In this document: positions 12,672-26,435 of the stretch, piece after piece
Layout of the letters: each line of letters begins with the position of its first letter
Position numbering within the stretch: the stretch's first letter is position 1
Source: Eledone cirrhosa
Taxonomy: Eukaryota
Length of the DNA: 64,000 nucleotides
Direction: 5' to 3'
Assembly (NCBI GenBank): GCA_964016885.1
Contig: OZ024744.1
Coordinates: forward strand, 42,408,001-42,472,000
Made by a program: the position numbers and the translations under genes
Notes under the pieces: model-generated
The model's database searches: none
The model's input: the letters and a program-made list of their open reading frames with translations, nothing else
What the model was told of the DNA's origin: nothing

Positions 12672-15600
12672 ACAGCGCCCGACGACGCTGTTGGACGGCA
12701 TGTACCTGCCTCTCCAGGTGCCGAGCTGCAGGCCCACTGACTTTTCCTGGTTGATCATTGCTCCTGTCACCGCTTCGTATTCTCTTAGTGTAGATCGCCT
12801 CGATGTGTTTGGCGTTCGACACCACTACGGTGACATCGTCCGCATATGCTGACACGGATCTTCCACATCCTAGTTCGCGCGGGACCCCCCTCAACGTCTC
12901 CAGTTTGTGCAGTAATGGCACGAGAGTCAATACGTACAAGAGGGACGAGAGGGGACATCCTTGGCGGACCGAGTGCATGTTGAACGGTTCCGAAAGCTGA
13001 CCGTTCACTCTCACCACGGAGCAGATCTCGCTGTGCATGGCAGCGATCCAGCCTCTGAAGACGGGCCCAAAGCCAGCCGCCCTCAGGACTGACGCTAGGT
13101 ATTGATGGTCGACCCGTATCGAGAGCTTTCTACTGATCTAAATTGATCAAGGTCCCACCCGTGCCAGGTTCCCTAGCTACCCTCTCTACGATGTATCGCA
13201 TGAGGTGGAGGTTGTCGTGGATGGATCTGTCGGGAATTGCGCATGTCTGCGCCTCTCCAACCAGACCACCAACGACAAGCGCCAACCTCTTTGCTAGCAC
13301 CTTGGCCAAAATCTTGAACTCTGTGTTTAGCAGTTATGGGCCTAAAATTATCTATGTTATCCCCCTTGTTCGGATCCTTTCTCAGCAGCGCCACAGCTCC
13401 TCGGCTCACAGAGCTAGGAATTCTCCCGTTCTGTTGCCAGTTGCAGTAGACGTCCGCCAAGAGGCCTCCGAACAAGTCTGGCATCTGTACGTAAAGTTCA
13501 TAGGGCAGACCATTCCAAACCAGGCGATTTACCCCTTGTGCAACTAGTCATTGCCCCCCCCCCCCCGTACTTCAGCAGCTGTTATCGGCTTTTTGCAACA
13601 CTTCGCCTCAGTGGCCGAGAGCCGCGGCAGTCCGTCGAGGTAGACACTAAAGTCCATCCCTCGATCCGGCTCGCCGCTGTCCCCGAACAGCTGTGCGAAT
13701 TCACGCTGAAAAGCTTCACACATTTGCCCCGGATCGAGTAGCATGCGCCCGTCGTGGTCCACCAAAGACGGGATCGTGGCTTTGTTGCCACGATGCGCCT
13801 CCGCCATTCGGGCCCATTGAACGGCTTTCGTCCCCTCGTGTCTGAAAGCACGCACCCTAGCTCTGACAACGCAGCCTTCGTGCTTTGCATTGAAGAATTG
13901 GTCAAGGGCCAATTTCGCCGCAAGTACGTCGGTCCCGATGGCTTTGCTAAGCGCCTCGTCTAATTTTCTAACTAGTTCTCCCTCTGCTCTGTTTTTCTCT
14001 ATTGCTAAAGCTCTACTAAACCTAATGGATTCTATTCTAATCGCTCTTTTCAGAGCAAACCACCACTTGTTGTTGATGATGGCTCCCGTCAACGCCCGCT
14101 TAACTAGTTCGCTAATCCGGTCTCTGTAGGCCTTGCGCGTTGGTAAGGAAGCGTTTAGCTTCCAGTAGCCGGGTCCTTGTCTATGAAGCCTATTTAAGTC
14201 AAGCACATCTAAGCACATCTAAGTCAATCACGAATTTGTGGTCTGTGTAGCTGACTATCTTGAATTGTGGACAGCCTATGCTAGACCTATCTATTTCCCT
14301 ACAAAATACTCTATCTAGATATGATCTGGATGACCCTATGCGATTTGTCCAAGACCACATTGGCACATTCGGGAAATCCAATCGGTACCTGTCAGACAGT
14401 TCAAATCGCCTGAGCAGGTTGGTGAGGCTCTTGCACCCTCCTTCCCTATCCACTAATCCCACACAGTCCCAGCGTGAATCTAAGATCCCGTTCCAGTCGC
14501 CCACTAACACTAAAGAGCGGGACGTTCCAAGAAAGGTCTCCAGACGGCGGAAGAAATCAGGCCGCCCTGCTCCTGTCGAGGCATAGACGGCCACTAACCT
14601 GAAAGCTTGCCCGTCTCCGCTGGTCGCGTCCAGCATCACCATCTTACCCTCTGGGTCCAGGAAGATGGCCCGTATGGCGAGAACCAAACCTCTCCGAAAA
14701 AGCATAGCAACTCCTCCCCCCGATCCAGGATGGCTACATATCGTAGCCGCTGAAGTTCGGTGCGAAGGCACGTGCTTCGGAGATTCTGTTCTCGCTGATG
14801 GCGACTACATCTATGTTTAGTGACCTGAGGTCGTTGAGCAGGTGGCCCTGCTTCCATGACGACCCCAAGCCACGCGCATTTATGCTGCCTATTCTGAGTG
14901 AGGTCATGTTGAAATGGAGTGGAAAAGATGGGAAAGACCACTTACCTTACTTCTCGTAGAGCAAGGAAGATTTCTCCATCCTTTTCACTGCTTCTGGCCT
15001 CCTCCGGAAGGATGTCCTTATAAATCCTCCTGGAGAGTGCTTGTCGGAAGTCTCCGATGTCTTTGGGGAATTTTTGTTTTAGTGTCATGTACGTTTTCTG
15101 TGTGATGCGAGTGATTTGTATGTGTGGAGGTTGTGTGAACTTTTGGGTTGTTGTGTAGTCTTTTTCTGTGATGCTGGTGTTGTGTTGGATGTAGTGTAAT
15201 AATTGCTTGGTGTTCAAATTTATTGCTGTGTAGTGTGTATCGTTTTGGTTGTTTTGTTTTGTTTGCGTTTGTTGTGGGTTTGTTTCTGTTTCGCTTTTTG
15301 GTGACTTTTGTGGTGTTGGTGATGGTGGTGTTGGGGTTAATGATGGTGATGGTGTTGGTGTTTGTGGTGATGGGGTTGGTGATGCTGGTGTGGATGGTGG
15401 CATAGCTGTCCTAACTTTTTGGTTTGATAGTTTATTTGTTTCCCTCTGTATTTTGTTTTTGGAGGGGGAAGGAAGGGTTTTTTTTCTTCTTTGGTCTCTT
15501 TTTCTTTTTTCCTTTTTTCTGATACCGTTTCCCACTCCTCGTCGTCACAATATGTCTCCAGTTGCGATAGGTCGGGGAGTGGAAAATCCTCCACAGGCGT

Positions 15601-17082
15601 TGGTTTTGGTTGTGGTGTGGTGGATGGTGTAGGCGCTGGTGCTAGTTCTGGCGCGTTGGGTGGTGATGGTGTTGGTTTTGCTACTCTTGCTGGGGTTGTT
15701 GCTGTTACAGATGCTTCTGTTGTTACTGCTACAGTTGTTGCTGTCATTTCTGCTGCTGGTGGTGTTGATGGTTGAGTCACTGAGGTGAGTAAGAGAGGTG
15801 GCCTCAACCTTTTAGCCTGAGGGCAGAAAGCCCTTAGGTGGGTTCCTTCACCACAAACGACACACCTAGGCCTTCTGCCCTCGACGATTTCGGTGAGGTG
15901 CCTGCCGTCAGTGAGGTCTATTACTTCTGGGATCTCCTCAATGCTTTTTTGGTCCGCTTGGACCAGTTCTCCTGCTTTTCTTTCGCTATTTCGATTATCT
16001 TGGTGTTGGCCTCGATGCCGGCGAGGACGGCAGCCATTAGCCAGGGAATTTCGATGGCTGATGGAACGTGGGTCATCCTGATCTTCACGAGTCTCTGGCC
16101 ACAATAGCTTGGGACGAGTGTGAAGTCGTCACTTCTTAATGGGGCCATGCAGTGTTCTCTGGCCTCCTGTGGTGTTTCAAAGAACACGTCCACGGTTCCA
16201 CATTTCTGCCCACGTCTGATGGGGGTTTTTGTTTGCCAACACATGTCCCAAAGCTTTTTGGATTTGGGACTCGGTTGCCCGTTCCAATCGGCGCAATTTT
16301 ATGTTAATCGTCCGAGAAGACACGGTGCATAGGCGCCGATGCTCCATTTTATTAGGTGAGGGGTGAGGCTGACCCTGTACCCATCTTTCTTTACCATTTG
16401 GGGGGCTTCTTCTAATTCCTCCTGAGTTACCTGGAATGCTTGGCACTTTTTTGTTACTCTGTCAAAAACAGGGTTGTTTTCTTAATTTCATTGTTGCTGT
16501 TGTTGTTATCGTTATTTTTGTTATTGTTAATTTTAGTTTCAGTTATGGTGGTGGAGGTGGCGTCAGTGGTGTTCGGTGTGGAAGAGTTCATTTTGGTTGA
16601 ATTCGATTCGATATCACGAGATAATTTATTTTTTCTTTTGTTTCTGTTGTCGCTGTGGTGGTGGTGGTGGGGGTGGCGGCTTCAAGACCTGCAGTCATTG
16701 ATAATGGCGGGAAATGAATGTCTGCATGAGACAAATTTAAAATATTGCTACTGCTTATATTTTTAGTGTTGGCAAACGTAGTAATATTTACAATGGTGGT
16801 GTCGGTGTGAGGTGTTAGTTTGTGAGGAAGGCTCTCAGCTACTGGGTTCAGCTGTGAGTCGGCCATGATTTTTCAAAGAAATTTTCTTTTTTGTTTGATA
16901 ATTATAAAAGTTTAAATTTTGGGCTCAAGGCCCGAATTTCTTTGAGTGTCCTTTTCAGAAAACAATGTATGTGCACTTATATACAGTTAACAATAAAAAC
17001 TTTCCTTAAATGGCAATTTAACGAACTGAAAATAACAAACACTTGCGGAGCTCATGATAATACGATTTACTACGTAGGTCGC
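12672..17082 (-). mobile_element. Tx1/L1-clade copy A2 (5' UTR, ORF1 from 16866, ORF2 from 14907, truncated after the RT core)
   Basis: Colinear and highly similar to A1; begins right after (TTA)n at 17083-17109; fused into A1 ORF1 at about 12672. Confidence 0.9.
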
Positions 17083-17689
17083 CAATAATAATAATAATAA
17101 TAATAATAAATGACCAAACGCACGTGGTAAGCAAATGTACAAAAAAAACTAAATATATATATATATAAATATATATATACACACACATACACATATATAT
17201 ATGTGTACATACACACACACATATATATATACATATACACACACACATACGCATACATATAAATATACAAGCACACCCATACATATAAACACAGCACAGA
17301 TACAAAAGAGTATATACATACAAATACATATACACGCACGCATAAACGAATACAACCACATACACACATATAATATAAACATTTCTTAAAGATAAAAACA
17401 TAAATATAAAACCTATAAAGTTACATACACACATACGCACAAGTACGTACACACGCACGCACATTCTCATATATATATATATGTAAATATATTCATTCAT
17501 TCACTCATTCACATACATATATATATATAAGGTTTTAGAAAATTCTTTGAAAGATATAGAAAAACCCTTATTTTCATATCTTCCAATATTTTATATCTTC
17601 AAACATTTTTAACATATGTATCCAAATATTTATATATGTGTGGAATAACATATGGTTTTTATATATAGCTTTTATATATATGTGGAATA

Positions 17690-19502
17690 ACCTTTGGGTG
17701 AAGATCTACACCCAAAATGAGGGAGCAGCCATTGGCGTCAGCATAGCTGGTGACGTTGCCAACCTTTTTATGGTATGGTGGGAAAGGAGACTTAAAGATC
17801 TCCTTAATGAGAGCTCCATAGACCTCATCATGTACTCTTGTTACGTAGACGATATCAATATAGTTATAAGGACATCCCCACAAGAGAGCACTAACAAGTT
17901 TGATTTAGAACGTAGCACAATGGAAAGCATCCAGCAGATAGCTAATTCCATACACCAGAGTATAACTGTAACTATCGACTACCCTTCCAAACACCCTAAC
18001 AATAGACTACCTGTATTAGACACGAAACTCTGGATTAACACTATAGACCAGAGAGCCCAAATTCTCCAATCACACTATGCTAAACCCATGGCCTCCAAAT
18101 ACCTGATACTCAAAAGCTCAGCAATGCCCAGTAGTGCTAAGTTTAATATTCTGATCGCAGACTTGGTACGAGTGATGAAGAATGTGTCCAGCATGTGTGA
18201 CCCAACAGAAATGGAAAGACACATCCAACACTTCATCAACCGCATGCAGTTCTCTGGCTACAACCAAAGAGACAGAGTCAGAGTATACGAAGGAGCCATG
18301 GAGAAGTATAAGACCCTCATAGAACTGGACATGAAAGGAATTTGCCCATTATACAGGGGCAAATCATGGAATAGCTTAGATAGGGCTAGACATAAGATAG
18401 GGAAAGCCACCTCATGGTACGACAACCAGAGATACCATAGTGTCATGTTTGTGGACGCTACCCCTGGAGGGAAAAACCAGTGTAGACAGACCCTGAGAAA
18501 GACCCACTTAAAGATTAAGGTGGTAGAAAAGCCAGGAATCACCAGAAAATCCCTGATCAGCAAAACCTACCCTTTTAATAAAACCCACTGTACTAATAGG
18601 AAATGTATCATATGTAAGGTAAACCCCCGGATAAACTATAAAACTAGAAACGTAGTCTATAGCATAAGATGTACAGAGGGTACTTGCAGAAACATGACAA
18701 CAACATACATAGGTGAGACAGCTCGTAGCATAGGTGAAAGGATAGACCAACATTGGGGGGGAACTAAAAGGACGAAAAAACGGGTCAGTACTATACGAAC
18801 ATGCCAGACAACAACACAACGGTAACATAGACAACATAGAAATTAGAATAATATCTAAACATAGAAATGACCCAGCAGATAGGCAAATCAGAGAGGCCAG
18901 TGAAATAGAACTTAGAAGGTCAAGGCTAAACAGAAAAAATGAATGGAATAACAACACCCAAACAAACAACACTGACCTAAGAGAAGTATAAATAAATAAA
19001 TAAATAGATAAATAAATAAATACATACACAAGCACAATAACAACAAACACATATAAACACACACTAGTAAAGATAGAATATATTAACCAATATACAGCCA
19101 CCCAATCACGAACACACATCAAACAAAACACTATACACACACGCAAACGCATGCGCAAAGAAGACAAAATAAAATAAACAAATAAATAAATATATAAACA
19201 GACTAAATAAAGACGGCGTAGAAAATACAATGCAACGGGAGGAAACTATAGCACCACTGACGATGTTGCAGATGTGCAACGAAAGAACTTTGATAAACTA
19301 TATATATGTGTTTGTGTCTAAATTGTATCTGTAGTATTTTTTACCGTTGGTCAGTCAATGGCAACATTGAGGACCGAATAAATTAGATTACCGATATAAA
19401 AGACACAGAAGCGAAAAGCGAAAACCAACCAAACAGTGAGTGTGTTCTGTTATTAATTCTGGCAATATTACACAAATATGACCCTCCCCAAGTATAACAA
19501 TA
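17690..19502 (+). mobile_element. 5'-truncated Penelope-like element (RT, GIY-YIG, pLTR trailer), family A-related
   Basis: GAAIGVSIAGDVANLFM, YVDDI, LPVLD, CTNRKCIIC linker, VVYSIRC...YIGETARSIGER; trailer with HHR and the terminal motif ATGACCCTCCCCAAGTATAACAA also seen near 42898 and 43381. Confidence 0.88.
19253..19294 (+). ncRNA. Minimal type I hammerhead ribozyme motif in PLE trailer
   Basis: acca-CTGACGA-t-gttgca/gatg/tgcaac-GAAA-gaac-TT-tgat. Confidence 0.7.
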
Positions 19503-19694
19503 TTTGTTTCGACACACAATTTCATATAAAAAAGCTCGCAAAACTATATATATATATACCCGTTGAATCATTTGTGGAGATTAAAGATGACATTTTATTA
19601 AAAACCTTGGTTTCTCGTGTTATATTAATTATATATATGTATATAGTTCAATAATAGACAAAACAAACAAAATAGCAAAAACATTTCATACTCT

Positions 19695-19794
<100 letters not shown>

Positions 19795-20337
19795 AGATTG
19801 ACAGAAAGATAGACAGACAGGCAGCAGGCAGATAGAGTGACAGACAGACTGGCTGGCTGACAAACAAACAGACAGGTTAGACAGATACAGATAGACAGAT
19901 AGATAGAGAGTGAGAGATAAAACACCCATGTAATATATGTGTGTCATATGTATGTGTTTTAGAAGCAGTAGAAGTAAAAATAAGAGGGGAGAAGGAAGAA
20001 ATGTCTAACATAATGTAATTCTTTATGTCTCCGTGTTCTGAAATCTAATTCTGTAGAATTACCTTTATCATTCCAAATTCTATATGAAGCTGAAAATAGT
20101 GAAATATTTGCTCTTTTAATATTGTCTGTTGTAAAAATACAGATTACTACATGAAGAAAACAGGAATTGTATAGAATCGTATATATTCAATTTCTGTACA
20201 GATTGGTTGGTTTCGACAACTTGGATCCACCTATGTGAGAAATATTCCACCTGCCAAATATAACACTTTTGTAAGATATTATCCAATTCACGACACATCG
20301 GATTTGAAACATACATACATACGTACATACATACATA

Positions 20338-23300
20338 GTCAGTCAACGTTATCAGTCGCACATTTTTGCGTGGGAGACTATTCATTAAATTTAAGATGAA
20401 TACTATCTCCGAGAGTAATGCCACAACTACCAGTCATGTTGAATAACTGGTTATTATTCTAACTATATCCACGGAAGATACCTTTTATTCGAATTTGTAG
20501 AGATATCCGACTAAATATATAATTCATTTTACAAGGATTTGCTACACACAGCATGGCTGAATACAGCAACAACAATATCAGTGGAATAACGAAGAAAAAC
20601 GAGAAAGGTAAACAAAATGTATTCAGTTGTAGCTACAGAAGAAACCGAAATTATAAATCGCATTTATCTTGGAGTTGCAAACTTAATGATGATTTGTTTA
20701 ATTGTTATAAAATGGCAAAAAATAATCCCTCCATTGGCTATATGAACAGAATGAATCTACACTGGGACGAAATGCACCCAGAGCTAAATCACTTCACAGC
20801 AAAACAATTACGCCAACAAGCGACGTTTATTGAACGTAAAAATAAGATAACTATTATCAATTGTAAGTCCCTTAGAACAAACATGGAACCCAACAACACG
20901 TGCTACAGGTCGCCATGCTACCAGACTTCCTAGCAGCCAGGTCGAACGGTAACTTGAAACAACTATGCCTGTGAGAAATCTGACACCACGTGTACCATCT
21001 AAGTCTACCTCGAACGCTGGAGAAAACACTATCGATAATAATAATAATCGAAGAAATTTGACACCACGTGTACCATCTGAGTCTACCTCGACTGTTGTGG
21101 AAAATACTATCGATAATGATAATAATCAAAAGTATAAACAATTGAAAATTTCCCTCAACGAAATCTTCCAGAGAGAAATTAACTCATGTATAAATATCTC
21201 TCTTGCTGAACGTATTAAAACGACAATGTTTAATAAAAAACCAAATAATGAAATATTACGTGTTATTAACGAAATAGGGGATGAATATTTACGACAGATA
21301 AACACCCCTACATTTTGGCAAATCAACGCCTGTTTATATGCCTTAGCAACGACAGTGAAGCATTATCTTGGTAATAGCGGAGATATTAACAAGAACAGAA
21401 CACCACCAAAAATACCATCATATATAACTAAAATAGAAAAAAGATTGCTGACCTACGAAAAACCATAGGATATGTGACAATGCTCCTTACATGCAAACAA
21501 ACACAAAAAACCCTCACTCCTCACCAACAAAGAGGGAAAAATAAAATAGAGACGATGTTTGGTAACAGTAGAACCAGAACTCTTCAATACAAGCTGATCA
21601 CCCTCAAACAAGAATTGAGAGCTGTTAGCGAAAAGCGCCAATACCTGAAGAAGGTGGATGAGAGAAAAGTACTCAATAAAAGATTCAGACGAAACCAAAC
21701 ATCAGTCTATAGAGATATGAAGGGCAAAATAATATGTGTGATAATCAAAAAACATAGATTCCTTTTGGAGAAAAAAATGGGGTAAAAAGAAAAATTTCAA
21801 CCAGGATGCAGTGTAGCTAAAAGAAATCCAAAAGAACTATTGCTCCTACACTACAACAAAAACATACGAAATAAGTGAGGGTACACTTGAGACTGTGATA
21901 GGAAAACTCCAAGATAAGAAAACACCAGGAAGAGACATGATTGTCGGCTACTGGTTCAAAAAACTGATATTCTATCGGAGGTATCTTATTGACCTCTACC
22001 AACAAGTTCTTAAGGCAGATACACTTACACCAGAATGGTTGACATTAGCACAAACATTACTGGTCCCTAAGAAGAAAGACACCCTCCTGGCAAAAGACTA
22101 CCGACCCATTGCATGCCAGAACCTGATGTATAAGATGTATACAGCTTGCCTGAACCTATTCCTCCAAGATCATTGTGAAAATAATAACATCATCACAGAT
22201 GAACAAGCAGCTGGAAAGAAAGGGATTTGGGGATGTGCTGAACAACTCCTAATCAACAAAACTGCGATGTCGGAGGTGCGACAACTTAGGAGGAATATGG
22301 TTACAGTCTGGCTGGACTACAGAAAAGCTTTCGATTCTGTTCCCCACTCTTGGAAGATAGAGGCCCTCCGACTTGCTAAAGTCCCAGACATTATTATCAG
22401 AGCCATAGAGAAGCTGTCTTCTTCTTGGGCTACTATCTTAAGCTTAAAGACAGAGAGGGAGGACTCTATTTTCACTGATAAAATAAAATATTGCAGGGGT
22501 ATATTTCAGAGAGACAGTCTCTCTCTGTGACATAATTCATCCTGTCATTAAACCCCTTCTCCTTTCTGCTCAAGAAATGTGAAGGTTATATCATTGGCTC
22601 ACAGGAGGATAGAAATACGAACCTAAGCCATAAATTCTTTGTGGATGATCTGAAACTCTATGCCAAGAACATGGATGGGATGAAGAAAAATCTTGACCTG
22701 GTTACAACATTTCGAAAGATATAGGAATGGAGTTTGGCCAAGATAAATGCTCATATATGACTGTAAAGCAGGGAAAAACAACCCAATCGAGCAACATTTG
22801 TATCAATGGGCTAGCTGTTTCACTCAACTGATACCTGGGAATAGATGAGAACATATCCTATATTGGTATCTGTAATAAAGAACGCATAACCAGGGAATAC
22901 TACACCAGATTAAGAAAGATTTGGTCATCGGAACTCTCTGCGCAAAACAAAACAGTGGCTCACAATGTGTTTGCTGTGCCTGTCCTAACACCAACGTTTG
23001 GAATATTCAATTGGACGATAGACGAAATCTGAGCAATTGATGTTAGAACTCGAAAAATACTAAACAACACCGGAAACTTCCACATCAACAGTGACATTGA
23101 CCGCAAGCAGGGAGGCAGAGGCCTAACATCAGTCTAGACAGCATTTGAATGTCACATCATATCCCTCCGACAACATCTACGAACCTCGAATCTCGAACCT
23201 CGAGCAAGTCTATCTGCATGAGACAGATAAGATCATGGAGAGTTGGGAAGGAACTCCTTGAAAAATATTCCCTGCATGATAATCAAAAACTCGCACCCAG

Positions 23301-24312
23301 GGAAGTCACTCAGCAGTATCGCAGTGAATCCATAGATTAAAAACTGCATGCTTATCAGCAAAAAATCATGCATGGATATGTTGCCAGGAAGCTCTAAAGT
23401 GAGAGTAATATACATAAAGAAAGTAGTCTATTTGGACCAACAACCGCTATATTGGCTCCCACTTTGAAGGATACGCTTTTGCAATCCAAGAACAGGAAAT
23501 CAACTCGAAATACCTGATTCACAAAAGAGATAGGGATGCAGGCAAAACACCTAGATGTGATAACAAGTGCAGACTCTGCAGAATTAACATCGAATATGTC
23601 ACCATGTCATAAGTAGCTGTCCAAAGATATAATCGCAGTACTATCTACCTATGAGGCACGATGTAGTGGCCAAAACACTGTACAATGAAATCTGTAGAAG
23701 AGAAAGCCCCGATAATAAACACATGGGTACTGGTGGAATGTTCCAGTAAAAACCCCAATAAAATGCAGGCATAACAGACCAGATATTATGATATGGGACA
23801 GGCAAAAGAAGGCATGCACAGTAGTGGAAGTTAGCTGCCCAGCAGATGCCAATATAATAGCAAAGATTAGTGAAAAGGAGAATATTTATGCAGAACCGAT
23901 GAGAATCTGCAGATACTCCACCCTGATTATACCTTCACATTTATGCCTGTGATTATTGGGGCACTGGGATATGTTAGTAACTGCCTCAATACAAATCTTG
24001 AGAAGCTAGGCTTCACAGGAACAGAATGAACACAATTAGTTAGGAAATTACAAGTACAATCCATTAATGGAACACTAAAAAATGTAATACATTCCAAACA
24101 TTTTGCATCTAATAACTGCATATACACATGTACAGATGCACACATACAACTCAAAACATATACATCCACACATACAATAACAGCCATATCTACACATACA
24201 TACATATCTACCTAGTTGATGTGTAAATTCGAATGAGAGAGTCTTGTGTCTGTGTTAGAAACCGACTCTTTCTCTATTGAGAAAAATTTGTGAAATTATA
24301 AAAACAATAGGA
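20338..24312 (+). mobile_element. Decayed near full-length R4/Dong-like RLE retrotransposon flanked by (ACAT)n
   Basis: Myb-like N-terminus (SWSCKLNDDLFNCY...W...LRQQA), DYRPIAC, WLDYRKAFDSVPH, GIFQRDSLS, FVDDLKLY, AIQEQEI, CRLC, RHD, HNRPDI; many frameshifts. Confidence 0.85.
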
Positions 24313-24419
24313 ACATACATACATATATACATACATATGCTCACACATACATACATACATACATACATACACACATACACATATACACTCATATATACAT
24401 ACACACATACACACATATA

Positions 24420-25800
24420 CTTACAGAAAGAGTTATAGCGCAACTAATCAGAGAGCGAATTGATCTAGATGAAATGCAGTTTGGGTTTGTGTCAGGTAAA
24501 AGTACCACAGACGCTCTTTTCCTTGTACAACAACTACAAGAGAAGTACCTAGTTAAAAGTAAACCCCTCTACTTAGCTTTTGTAGACCTGGAGAAAGCTT
24601 TTGACAGAGTCCCCCCGCTCCATTATCTGGTAGGCTCTTAGAAAACTAGGTGTAGATGAATGGTTTGTGAGAGCTATACAAGCTATGTATAATGAAACAG
24701 TCAGTAAGGTTAGAATTAACAATGAATATTGTGAAGAATTTAGTGCAAAAGTTGGCATTCATCAAGGCTCTGTCCTTAGCCCCCTCTTATTTATTATTGC
24801 CCTTCAGGCTATAACAGAGGAGTTCAAAACCAGCTGCCCATGGGAACTCCTATACGCAGATGATCTAACGCTCATAGCTGAATCAATGGCTGAACTAGAG
24901 AAGAAATTCGAAACATGGAACCATGGCCTAGAATCAAAAGGCCGAAAAATTAACTTGACTAAGAGTAAAGTTCTAGTTTGTAGATAGGAAAATAAGGCAC
25001 AGGTGCCCTCAGGAAAATGGCCATGCTCAGTGTGTAGGAAAGGAGTAGGCAGAAATTCCATTTTATGTCACAAATGCAAACTATGGGTACATAAAAGATG
25101 TAGTGGGATCACAGGTAAACTATCTAAGAACGTAGACTTTATATGTGGCCAATGCTCAGGTGCAATAAGTAGCAAGTGTCCAAAGGATACTAGCTCCTTC
25201 TATTGCCCAGATGGTTCTATAGAAATAGTAGACACTTTCCGTTACCTGGGTGACAAAATCAGCAATGGTGGAGGGTGTTCTCAAAGTACAGTAGTCAGAG
25301 TCAGAACGGGATGGAAAAAGTTCAGAGAGCTTATACCGATGTTGGCCAAAAAAGGTTTCTCTCTAAAAATAAAAGGCAGATTGTATGATGCCTGTATACG
25401 AACAGCAATGCTACATGGCAGTGAGACATGGGCATTAGTGCAGAGGACCTGCGTAGACTGGAAAGGAACGAAGCATGCATGTTCCGTTGGATGTGTAATA
25501 GTAACATACGTGAACGGCAAAGCATAAATGAACTAAGTGAGAAATTAGGAATAAGAGGGATAAGATGCTGTTTACTTGAGAGAAGACTACGTTGGTATGG
25601 TCACGTGATGCGCATGAAAGATGACAGCTGCATAAAAAAGTGCAGGGCGATCAAAATTGATGGTAGTTACGGAGTAGGTAGACCCAGAAAAACCTGGGAC
25701 GACTTGATAAATTCCGACCTCACACACTTACACCTCTCTAAGACAATGTCTCTGGACTGAGACTTTGGCGCTACACAGTAATACAGAAGACCCGCCTTGC
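24420..25800 (+). mobile_element. 5'-truncated RTE-clade LINE with a PHD-type Zn finger inside the RT
   Basis: MQFGF, FVDLEKAFDRV, HQGSVLSPLLF, LLYADDL, C2/C2/HC/C2 cluster, FRYLG, RLRWYGHV, GRPRKTW. Confidence 0.88.
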
Positions 25801-25959
25801 CTAAGTACAATGCGAAACCTACAGTCAGTAGGCATCTCTTAACCAAATATACACCCCAATCCACTACCCCTACCCTATCTTCTCACTCCCACCAACAGCA
25901 CGAGAAAATGAGATTGAGATCGTGTAGGTGTCACAACAAAAAAACACACAGTCCATGCT

Positions 25960-26180
25960 GTAATGTGGCCGTGTAGGTAACACAGTAAAAAGTTCCCAGT
26001 TCCACACTGTATATGTGGTTGGCGTTAGGAAGAGCATCCAGCCGTAGAAAACCTGCCAGATAGTCCTATATGAGCGAAACACGGTCACCCGACCAACCTT
26101 GTCTCAAGTAGGACAACTCCCGTCTAACCCATGCTAGCGTGGAAAATAGACGTTAAACGAAGATGATGATGATGATGATG
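25960..26180 (+). mobile_element. RTE 3' UTR or RTE-related SINE end with (GAT)n tail
   Basis: gtggttggcgttaggaagagcatccagccgtagaaa...cccatgctagcgtggaaaatagacgttaaacg(atg)n; repeated at 30925-31140 and inverted at 26888-27075. Confidence 0.7.
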
Positions 26181-26435
26181 ACACACACATACACACATAC
26201 ACTCATACATGCACACATACAGACATACACCCATAAGTTCATATACACATACACACATATACTCATACACACACACACATACACTCATACATATATACAT
26301 AAATACATACATACATGCGCACATACACATATACTCATACACACATACAATCAAACACATATATACATACATACTTACATACACACATACAACATACAAA
26401 AGTTGGAGGAGGAGGAGGAGGAGGAGGAGGAGGCA

